Shown piece by piece: positions 7,167 through 14,667 of a stretch of 17,545 bases of DNA. The position numbers were made by a program, and so were the translations under genes. Within the stretch, counting starts at the first letter, position 1. The number at the start of each line of letters is the position of its first letter. The stretch is taken from contig CAYXVF010000035.1 in the NCBI GenBank assembly GCA_964468125.1, positions 37,464-55,008 of the forward strand, given 5' to 3'. Source of the DNA: an uncultured Bdellovibrionales bacterium. GTDB lineage: Bacteria; Myxococcota; XYA12-FULL-58-9; CAYXVF01. Below the pieces are notes generated by a model. That model saw nothing but the letters and a program-made list of their open reading frames with translations, did not search any database and was not told the DNA's origin.

Positions 7167-7658
7167 GTGAAGAAGATTCTCATCGTGTGTGCAGTGTCGT
7201 TCGCGTTCCCGTCAGCAGCCTTCGCCCAATACGGCACGGCCGGCTGCGGTCTCGGTGCGATGATCTTTGGCAACGACAAGGGCTTCGTCCAGGTCTTCGC
7301 CGCCACGACCAACGGCACGTTTGCTAGCCAGACCTTCGGGATCACCTCGGGCACTTCCGAATGCGTCGATGGCAGCGGCGGCGCTTTTTCGTCCGTGGAC
7401 AAGAAGGCCTTCGTGAAAATGAACTACGCGAGCCTGATGCGCGACGCGGCGGTAGGCAAGGGCGAATACCTCGCCACTCTCGCAACGATGATGGGATGCG
7501 AAGAAACGGCCCACACCGACTTCTTCCAGGCGACCCAGAAGAACCACCGGCGAATCTTCAACGAAACGGCTGACGCGGAAGCGACCCTGAAGAGCGTCAA
7601 CGACGTGGTGCAGCAGGACCCGATGCTGGCCCAACAATGCAACGTCGCCGGCGCCTGA
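7167..7658 (+). CDS. Small secreted protein resembling the DUF3015 family (163 aa), signal peptide MKKILIVCAVSFAFPSAAFA.
   Basis: GTG start with AAGGAG RBS 8 nt upstream (7153-7158). N-terminal mature motif QYGTAGCGLGAMIFG is, as I recall it, typical of DUF3015. The gene is lower in GC than its surroundings. Confidence 0.8.
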   Translation: MKKILIVCAVSFAFPSAAFAQYGTAGCGLGAMIFGNDKGFVQVFAATTNGTFASQTFGITSGTSECVDGSGGAFSSVDKKAFVKMNYASLMRDAAVGKGEYLATLATMMGCEETAHTDFFQATQKNHRRIFNETADAEATLKSVNDVVQQDPMLAQQCNVAGA

Positions 7659-7689
7659 GGCGCTAGCCGCAGAGGAGAAAATCCGCTAA

Positions 7690-7725
7690 GCCGGGCACGC
7701 GTCGTCGACCGTGCCCGGCTTTTTT
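7690..7725 (+). terminator. Rho-independent terminator: 10-bp stem gccgggcacg/cgtgcccggc, 10-nt loop, then TTTTTT.
   Basis: Read directly. It lies 32 nt after the DUF3015 stop, and the T-tract abuts the ATG of the next ORF (7727). Confidence 0.75.
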
Positions 7726-7726
7726 C

Positions 7727-9616
7727 ATGCTCACTCTCGCGCTCACCTTCGCCCTTTGGGCCCCGACGCTCTCCCTGGAGGACACCCTGCGCCGAGCCGA
7801 CGAGCTCGGCCTAGGAGAAGACCGTGAGTGGCGTCGCTTGCTCCACTTCGAGGACGGCCGCTCGATCGTCGATGGTCCGGGCTTTTTCCTCGCCGAAGAC
7901 GGCGCAAACGACGCAAACGCCGAGCTTCGCGCCACCCTGCGCGCGCTCTTCAGCGAGTCCGAGCCGGAGACGATGCACACCCAGTGCCGTTTTCCCGCCC
8001 GCACCCTCTTTCTGGACAAGAAGCTCGGCCTCTTCAGTGGCGGGCTGCCCAATCGCCCCTGCGAGGAGCTCGCGAAGTTCCTAAAAGCCGTTGCACCGGG
8101 CCGAGTTTATTTGGTGTTCGCGTCCGCGTTCCTGAGCGCTCCTGCGTCCTCTTTCGGACACACGCTGCTGCGGATCGAGAATCAGCGGCACCCGAACAAC
8201 GCGCTGCTCTCGACGATGATCAATTTCGCGGCCTACCCCACGACCGACAACCCGCTGGTCTACGCCCTTCTCGGTCTGACCGGCGGTTTTCCTGGCCGCT
8301 TCACCGCTCTGCCCTACTACGTGAAGGTACAGGAGTACTCGAACATCGAGTCCCGCGATCTCTGGGAATACGAGCTTTTCCTCGAGCCCGAAGAGACGCT
8401 TCGGCTCCTGCTCCACGCCTGGGAGCTCGATACGACCTGGATCGACTACTACTTCTTCACCGAGAATTGCTCCTATCTCTTGCTGCGCCTGCTCGAAATC
8501 GCGCGTCCGGAGCTCGAGCTCGCCAATCAGTTTTCAAGCTACGCGATCCCCACGGACACGCTCAAAGCCGTGGTCGCCGAAGAAGAACTCATCGGCGAGC
8601 GCATCTATCGCCCCGCGCACACCGCGAACATGAATGCGCGCCGAGGCCGGCTCACGGGTGAGGAACGCTCACTCGCCTCCGACCTCGTGGGAGAAGACCC
8701 GCCCTGGGAGAGGCTCGAAGGCCTCGAACCGGAACGGCGCGCCGCGGTCCTCGAATCCGCCCTCGACCTGCACAAATACGACGCGGGGTTTCATCCGAAC
8801 CAAGATGCAGCGTACCTGTCGACACCCAGTGGAAAACGCGAGCTCGAGCTGCTTCGCGCCCGAGGCGAGCTGCAGGTCGAGCTCGAAGACGTCGCGCCCC
8901 CAACCCCTGCGCCGCCCGAGGGCTCACACGAGAGTGCACGGGTGCGGCTGGGAGCGGGCGTCAATCGGGCGGGCCGCGCCTTTCAGACGCTCGAGTGGCG
9001 AGGCGCGCTGCACGACCCCCTGGATGGGCAAGAGGGCTACGTGCCGGGGTCCACGGTCGAAATGCTCAAGGTACGCGCTCGCCTCGAGCCCGCGCGTTTC
9101 GAGCTGAACCGCTCGGACGCGCTCATCCTTGATCGCATCGACCTGCTGAGGATGGCGTCCGTTGCGCCCTTGGAGGGCTGGGTGCGCCGCGCCTCCTGGC
9201 GCGTGAACCTCGGCGCGGGCTGGGTCGAAGACCTGAACTGTCGACGCTGGCGCTGTACCGCCGCGGATTTTCACGTCGGTGCGGGGCTTGCTGCGCGGTC
9301 GCGCTGGCTCGGCGTGCAGACGTTCTACACCTTCGTCGACCTGAACGCCTTCGGCGGCGATGTCTTCGACAACGGCTACCGCATCGGGATCGACGGCGCC
9401 CTAGGCACCTCTTGGAGCCTCACGACTCGTCTGCGTTTGCTCCTCGAAGGCGCCTACCACTACGACTTCCTGGGCGACCGAACCGCCGGCGCCAACTACC
9501 TGGCTCTGCGCGGTGGCATAGGCTACGCGTTTTCGAGACGCTTCTCCCTTCGCCTGACCGGCCGGTCCGTTCGCGACCTGCTCGAGACCGAGGCGTCGCT
9601 GCAGTTCTACTATTGA
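7727..9616 (+). CDS. Large envelope protein (629 aa). N-terminal signal-like segment, a central region resembling DUF4105 (Lnb N-terminal periplasmic domain, motif SSFGHTLLRIEN), and a C-terminal ~200-aa putative beta-barrel ending ...ASLQFYY.
   Basis: Long ORF with high GC3. The C-terminus has alternating hydrophobic residues and an aromatic end, typical of OMP barrels. The start is uncertain, since ATG 7727 has no SD and abuts the terminator. The antisense ORFs are shadows. Confidence 0.8.
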   Translation: MLTLALTFALWAPTLSLEDTLRRADELGLGEDREWRRLLHFEDGRSIVDGPGFFLAEDGANDANAELRATLRALFSESEPETMHTQCRFPARTLFLDKKLGLFSGGLPNRPCEELAKFLKAVAPGRVYLVFASAFLSAPASSFGHTLLRIENQRHPNNALLSTMINFAAYPTTDNPLVYALLGLTGGFPGRFTALPYYVKVQEYSNIESRDLWEYELFLEPEETLRLLLHAWELDTTWIDYYFFTENCSYLLLRLLEIARPELELANQFSSYAIPTDTLKAVVAEEELIGERIYRPAHTANMNARRGRLTGEERSLASDLVGEDPPWERLEGLEPERRAAVLESALDLHKYDAGFHPNQDAAYLSTPSGKRELELLRARGELQVELEDVAPPTPAPPEGSHESARVRLGAGVNRAGRAFQTLEWRGALHDPLDGQEGYVPGSTVEMLKVRARLEPARFELNRSDALILDRIDLLRMASVAPLEGWVRRASWRVNLGAGWVEDLNCRRWRCTAADFHVGAGLAARSRWLGVQTFYTFVDLNAFGGDVFDNGYRIGIDGALGTSWSLTTRLRLLLEGAYHYDFLGDRTAGANYLALRGGIGYAFSRRFSLRLTGRSVRDLLETEASLQFYY

Positions 9617-9632
9617 CGGTGAAGCGCGGTGC

Positions 9633-10217
9633 CTAGAGCACCTGAAATCCCGCGAGGACACCACCGCCCACGGCCACCTCACCTTCGAAGAAGACCGGCA
9701 GGACCTCGGCGCCGATGAAGAGCACCGCTGCGTTCTCGCGCTGCCAGACCACAGCCCCCGTGCGGAACGACGTGCCGACCCCGTACTCCGTATCGATCTC
9801 GACGTCGAAGTCGGTCGAGCGGGCCAGACCATCGAGGATCGGGTTGATCCCGTAGATCCCCAACCCCGCCCCCGCACCGATGTAGAGCGTATCGTTCAGC
9901 CAGTATTGGACGTGTGGCCCTACCATCTGCACACCAAAATCGAGGTCCACCCGTTCGACCTCGCCGTCCGGATCGACGACTCGAACTTCCTGTCGATTGG
10001 TCGACGAGGCCCAGCGAAGGGTCAGCGCGAGCTCGTTGGTGAGAAAGGCGCCCACGCCGATGTTCAACCCTTGAAAGCCAAAATCCGTATCGCCGGCGAA
10101 GCGGTTCACCCCGAGCCCGAGCGATCCGTCGATCGTGAATCCCTCGCGGACAGTCGCCGCTTCGGCGATGACCGGGCAAGCAAGAACGAGCACGGTGAGT
10201 GTGAAACTGCGGAGCAT
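9633..10217 (-). CDS. Outer-membrane beta-barrel protein (OmpW/OmpA-TM-like small barrel, ~194 aa) with signal peptide MLRSFTLTVLVLACPVIAEA.
   Basis: The ORF track gives 9633..10238 (TTG start). The internal ATG at 10215-10217 is preceded by AGGAAGGA and starts the signal peptide. Gly/aromatic alternating strands (GAGAGLGIYGINP, GVGAFLTNELALTLRW). Confidence 0.8.
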   Translation of the reverse strand: MLRSFTLTVLVLACPVIAEAATVREGFTIDGSLGLGVNRFAGDTDFGFQGLNIGVGAFLTNELALTLRWASSTNRQEVRVVDPDGEVERVDLDFGVQMVGPHVQYWLNDTLYIGAGAGLGIYGINPILDGLARSTDFDVEIDTEYGVGTSFRTGAVVWQRENAAVLFIGAEVLPVFFEGEVAVGGGVLAGFQVL

Positions 10218-10323
10218 CTTACTAATCCTTCCTCGCAATTCATCGAGGGTATCCGTGAAGAGACACGTCCTCCCGTGCTACTGAGACGCCTCACCCTCAG
10301 CGAATATTCTTCCCGGCTCGGTC

Positions 10324-11673
10324 GTGCAAGAGGCGCTTGATCGGGGCGCGCAGCCGCAGCATCGTGCCGCCATGGTGAGCGCGTTCTTCGCCCTTTTCCT
10401 CAGTGCGGTCCTAGAGCTTTCGTTCCCGGTCGAGAAGTACACCCTAGAAAACGGTCTCGAGGTGATCCTCAGCCCCGATCATCGACTCCCGGTGGTCGCG
10501 GTGAACGTCTGGTACCACGTAGGCCCGGTGAATGAGCCGCCGGGACGGACGGGCTACGCGCATCTGTTCGAGCACCTGATGTTTCAGGGCAGCGCGCACG
10601 TCGAGAACGAAGAGCATTTCGCGTTGCTCGAGTCCGCAGGCGCTACGAACATCAACGGGACCACGAGCTTCGACCGCACGAACTACTTCGAGACCCTGCC
10701 CTCCGATCAGGTCGAGCTCGCCCTCTGGCTCGAGGCCGACCGCATGGGATTTTTGCTTCCGGCGCTGAGCGAATCGAAGCTCGAGATTCAGAGGCAGACC
10801 ATTCTGAACGAACGTCGCCAGACCGTAGATCGTCGCCCCTACGGCCGTAGCTCCGAGGCGTTTTTCAACGCCTTGTTCGGCGCTGGCCACCCCTATCACG
10901 GCTTTCTCATCGGAACTGCCGAGGACCTCGACGCAGTGACCCTGAGAGGCGTCCGCGAGTTCTACGATCGGTTCTACGCGCCAGCGAATGCAACCCTCGC
11001 GGTCGTCGGTGACTTCGACCGCGATGCGATGACGGAAATGATCGAGCGCTACTTCGGCACCTTGCCGAGACGCCCCCCTCCCGGGCCCAGGCAGATCATC
11101 ACGGTCCCGATCCGCAAGGAGATCCGCCTCACTGTAGAAGAGCCCGTGGAGCTCGCCCGGATCGAGATGGGGTGGCACTCCCCCGCGGTTTTCGAGGAGG
11201 GCGATGCAGCGGCCGATCTGCTCGCCGTGATTCTCGGGCGCGGACGTTCGAGCCGTCTCCAGCGCCTCGTTGACCGGGATGGGCTCGCCCGGTCCGTGAG
11301 CGCCTCGCAGCGCTCCCTACAGCTCAAGTCCGTATTCTCGATCGCGGCGACAGCGCCCGCCGAGGTCCCCGTGTCCGAGCTCGAAGCGGCGCTGCAGGAG
11401 GCGATCGATGCGATCCGCGCCTCGCCGCCCACGGCGCTCGAGATGGCACGCGCGCGTAACCTCCTCATGACGGAGGCCGTCTTCGGTCTCGAGCAAGTCG
11501 GCGCCCGGGCTGATCAGCTCAATCGGACGAATCACTACCGCGGTGACCCGAGTCTTCTTCGCCAAACAGTGGCGCGCTACGAGCGGGTCAGCACGGAGGA
11601 CGTACAGCGTTTGGCCCGTGAGCTCTTGCGAAACGACCGCCGGGTCGTGGTCACCACGGTGCCGACACGATGA
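10324..11673 (+). CDS. M16 (pitrilysin/insulinase) family zinc peptidase, catalytically competent subunit (HxxEH = HLFEHLMFQGS). Secreted. The alternative start ATG 10372 begins the hydrophobic signal segment.
   Basis: Inverted zinc-binding motif H-L-F-E-H with a downstream Glu-rich region. Signal peptide ...MVSAFFALFLSAVLELS. The stop overlaps the next start (ATGA at 11670-11673). Confidence 0.88.
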   Translation: MQEALDRGAQPQHRAAMVSAFFALFLSAVLELSFPVEKYTLENGLEVILSPDHRLPVVAVNVWYHVGPVNEPPGRTGYAHLFEHLMFQGSAHVENEEHFALLESAGATNINGTTSFDRTNYFETLPSDQVELALWLEADRMGFLLPALSESKLEIQRQTILNERRQTVDRRPYGRSSEAFFNALFGAGHPYHGFLIGTAEDLDAVTLRGVREFYDRFYAPANATLAVVGDFDRDAMTEMIERYFGTLPRRPPPGPRQIITVPIRKEIRLTVEEPVELARIEMGWHSPAVFEEGDAAADLLAVILGRGRSSRLQRLVDRDGLARSVSASQRSLQLKSVFSIAATAPAEVPVSELEAALQEAIDAIRASPPTALEMARARNLLMTEAVFGLEQVGARADQLNRTNHYRGDPSLLRQTVARYERVSTEDVQRLARELLRNDRRVVVTTVPTR

Positions 11674-13109
11674 GAGCCGCCCTCCTCATCCCGTGCGTGT
11701 GGGTTGCAGCCTGTGTGGCCCCGGCTCAGAAGACGGTCGAGGTCGTGCCCGTCGCCGATGAGCAGGCCTTTCGTGCGGGACGCCCGAGCCCCGGGGCACG
11801 GTCCGAGCTACGCGCTCCCGTGGCCGAGGTCGCGACCTTGCCCAACGGCCTCACCGTCATGGCGGTCCCGAATTCCGATCTGCCGGCGGTGTCCGTGCGG
11901 CTGGTCTTTCGGGTTGGGGCCTCCGAAGACCCTCAGGGACGTGAAGGCCTCGCCAGCCTGATGGCAGATCTGCTCGACGCCGGCACCGCAACCCGGGATG
12001 CGGACGCCCTGGCCCGGGAGGTCGAGCTCCTAGGGACGACCCTCGAAGTCGGGCTCGCGGGCGAAGCCGTCGCGCTCCAGGCTTCGACACTGAGCTCGAA
12101 CCTCGAGCCGCTCCTCGAGCTGCTCGCAGATGTGGTCGAGGGATCGACGTTTCCGGAGCCCGTCTTCGAGCGCTATCAGCAAGAGCGCATCCGTCTGCTC
12201 GAACGAGAACAGGGAAGCCCCTCCCGCCGCGCCTGGAGTGAGCTCAGCCGGCTGCTCTACGGCGCGCATCCCTACGGCCACAGCGCCCGAGGAAGCATCG
12301 AATCGGTCCGTGCGATCACGCAGCCGGAGCTCATCGAGTTTCATCGCCGTGTCCTGCGCCCGGAGCACGCCGCGCTGATCGTCGCCGGAGACGTCGAGAT
12401 GAAGAGCCTGCTCGAACGGGTGCGAAGCCACTTCGGCGACTGGCTTCGGGGCGACGAGCCGCTCCCGCCCATTCCCACGGCACCGGTCGCAACGTCGCCC
12501 GATATCCTCCTGGTGGCGCGGGCCGGTGCCCAAGGGTCGCAGCTGCTTCTCGGGCAGGTCACGGTGTCCCAGTCTCATCCGGACTATCTCGCGCTCCTGC
12601 TGGCAAATGCGATCTTCGGAGGGCGATACGACAGCCGATTGAGCGAGCGGCTGAGCCAGCTCACCGCCCTCGGTGTGGCCTCCAGCATCGACTTTCGCCG
12701 AAGCAATGGCACCTTCGCGGTGAGCGCGGCGGTGCGCGCTGACCAAACCGCCACCACGCTCGGCGCCATCGTGGAAGAGCTCGAGCGCATGCGCTGCGAA
12801 GGGGTCAGCAAGGACGAGCTCGCCCGCGCACGTGATGAGTTCGCCCGCTCCCTGCCGGCGTACTTTCAGACCCGTAGCGCCGTCGTCGGTGCGTTGAGCA
12901 CCCTGTTCGTCTACGAGCTGCCCTTCGACTACTACGCGGGGCTCCCGGAGGCCCTGAGTGCGATAGAGCCCGAGGATGTGAAGCGCGCGGTCAACGCGCA
13001 CCTTCGGCCCGAAGCCCTCGAGGTGGTGGTCATCGGTGATCGGGCGATGGTAGAGATGCCGCTCCGGGCGCTCGGCTTTGGCGAGGTGGAGGTCTTGGAG
13101 GACTCCTGA
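11670..13109 (+). CDS. M16 family peptidase-like protein, non-catalytic partner subunit (no HxxEH). Probable lipoprotein (MRAALLIPCVWVAAC lipobox).
   Basis: M16 fold signature stretches (PNGLTVMAVPNSDLPAVSVRLVFRVGASED...) but no zinc motif. There is a 4-nt overlap with the upstream gene and a TGATG overlap with the downstream gene. Confidence 0.85.
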   Translation: MRAALLIPCVWVAACVAPAQKTVEVVPVADEQAFRAGRPSPGARSELRAPVAEVATLPNGLTVMAVPNSDLPAVSVRLVFRVGASEDPQGREGLASLMADLLDAGTATRDADALAREVELLGTTLEVGLAGEAVALQASTLSSNLEPLLELLADVVEGSTFPEPVFERYQQERIRLLEREQGSPSRRAWSELSRLLYGAHPYGHSARGSIESVRAITQPELIEFHRRVLRPEHAALIVAGDVEMKSLLERVRSHFGDWLRGDEPLPPIPTAPVATSPDILLVARAGAQGSQLLLGQVTVSQSHPDYLALLLANAIFGGRYDSRLSERLSQLTALGVASSIDFRRSNGTFAVSAAVRADQTATTLGAIVEELERMRCEGVSKDELARARDEFARSLPAYFQTRSAVVGALSTLFVYELPFDYYAGLPEALSAIEPEDVKRAVNAHLRPEALEVVVIGDRAMVEMPLRALGFGEVEVLEDS

Positions 13110-13870
13110 TGGGTTGGACGCTGCTCAACATGCTCCAGGCGGCCGGCATCGTGTTCGCGACCTTCTCGACCGGTGTCTTGGGCTTCAGTCTGTTTGGCTT
13201 CACCTGGAACCGCGACCTCCAGTGCAGCTTCACGCGCACGGTCTGGTCACCGATGCTGATGTTCATGGGTGGAATCGAGCTGCACATCGAGCACGAAGCA
13301 CCTGTGCCCTGGGACCAGCCACACATCTACGTGATGAATCACCAAAGCGCCGCGGACATCCCCGCGTGTTTCATCGCCATCCCCGTGAACCTTCGCTTCA
13401 TCGCAAAAGCGGTGATCCGCTACATCCCTTGGCTCGGGACCTACATGCTGATGACCGGAATGATCTTTGTCGACCGCGGAAATCGTCGCAAAGCGATGAG
13501 CAGCATGCGAAAGTCAGCGAAACGGATCCGTGAGGGCTGCAACATCATCGCCTACGCCGAGGGAACCCGTTCCCGGAGCGGACGCGTTCTCCCATTCAAA
13601 AAAGGTCCGTTTGTCCTGGCCCTCGAGGCGGGCGTGCCGATCGTTCCCTGCGCAATCGAAGGGGGGCAGAAGGTCTTGCCCCCAGGTTTCAAGATGCGGC
13701 CGGGCCCGGTGCGCATCAAAACCGGCACGCCGATTCCCACGGACACGCTCACGAAGGACGACCGCATCCCGTTGATGGAGCGCGTGCGCGCCGAGGTGAT
13801 CCGACTGCATCTCGAGATCGGTGGTGAGGGGGCGGAAGAGGGCTCGCCTGCCGTCGATCAGCGGCTGTAG
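13109..13870 (+). CDS. Lysophospholipid acyltransferase (PlsC/AGPAT family, 1-acyl-sn-glycerol-3-phosphate acyltransferase-like).
   Basis: Catalytic HxxxxD motif NHQSAADI and AEGTRS motif (IAYAEGTRSRSG). N-terminal membrane helices. Translationally coupled to the M16 pair. Confidence 0.85.
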   Translation: MGWTLLNMLQAAGIVFATFSTGVLGFSLFGFTWNRDLQCSFTRTVWSPMLMFMGGIELHIEHEAPVPWDQPHIYVMNHQSAADIPACFIAIPVNLRFIAKAVIRYIPWLGTYMLMTGMIFVDRGNRRKAMSSMRKSAKRIREGCNIIAYAEGTRSRSGRVLPFKKGPFVLALEAGVPIVPCAIEGGQKVLPPGFKMRPGPVRIKTGTPIPTDTLTKDDRIPLMERVRAEVIRLHLEIGGEGAEEGSPAVDQRL

Positions 13871-14667
13871 CGATCCTCGCGCCAGGGGTAAGCGGTATTG
13901 GAGTAGCCGCGCTCTTCCCAGAAGCCCAGGCGGTCCTGCGCGAGCAGCTCGATCCGCTTGACCCACTTCGCTCCCTTCCAGGCGTAGAGCTGCGGCGTGA
14001 TGACACGCACGGGCCCACCGTGCTCGCGGGCGAGGGGAGCGCCATCCGCCTCGTGCACCAACAACGCGTCCGGTTTGAGCGCCTCTTCGAACGGAAGGTT
14101 CGTGGTGTAGCCGTCGTAGCTGGTGAAGAACAGAAAGGCCGCGGACTCGTGGGGCTCGGCGGCGGCGAGCACGTCAGACAAGCGGACACCTTTCCAGGGA
14201 ACGTCGAAGCGCGACCAGGTCGTGACGCAATGAAAGTCACTGACATCTTCCACCTGCTCGAAGGCCATGAAGCTCTCCCAGTCGAGCTTCAGCGGCTGGT
14301 CGCACAGCCCGACGACCTCGAGCTGCCACTCCGCGGTCGTCACTTCGGGCTTCTGTCCCAAATCGAGCACGGGCCATTTCTTTGTTTCGTACTGACCCGG
14401 CGGAAGCTTCGGCATGCCATGGCGGTTGGGCTCACCGTCGCCCATCGGTTTCTCATCGGACATCGAAGGTGTGGACTCGATCCGCGAAAAGAAACGGTCT
14501 CGGAGCTTCATGCGGGCTTCTACGATGCGGTCGGACTTTTCAGAGATGGTCATGGCGGGATGATAGTGACGGGCGCGTTGAAAACAACCGAAACCGAAAT
14601 CGCGCACGCGGGCGCTCAGGCTGCCGATACTCCCCAGTACGCGCCATGTCCGACGTCCCACCCACAT
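13858..14667 (-). CDS. Molybdopterin-dependent oxidoreductase, sulfite-oxidase family (YedY/MsrP-like catalytic domain). Alternative start at ATG 14553.
   Basis: Moco-Cys motif HCVTTWSRFDVPWKGVRLSDVL with a downstream dimer-less short form. The N-terminal 38 aa carry a GRRTWRV twin-Arg-like motif. The 3' end overlaps plsC-like gene by 13 nt (convergent). Confidence 0.8.
   Translation of the reverse strand: MWVGRRTWRVLGSIGSLSARVRDFGFGCFQRARHYHPAMTISEKSDRIVEARMKLRDRFFSRIESTPSMSDEKPMGDGEPNRHGMPKLPPGQYETKKWPVLDLGQKPEVTTAEWQLEVVGLCDQPLKLDWESFMAFEQVEDVSDFHCVTTWSRFDVPWKGVRLSDVLAAAEPHESAAFLFFTSYDGYTTNLPFEEALKPDALLVHEADGAPLAREHGGPVRVITPQLYAWKGAKWVKRIELLAQDRLGFWEERGYSNTAYPWREDRYSR

Noticed and set aside
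7212-7637. 141-aa minus ORF
   Set aside because: It is antisense to the DUF3015 gene, which has RBS, signal peptide and family-like motifs.
10444-13001. Minus-strand ORFs 10444..11178 (244 aa) and 12030..13001 (323 aa)
   Set aside because: Both lie inside the two M16 peptidase genes, on the opposite strand. The peptidase frames carry recognisable motifs (HxxEH), so these are shadows.
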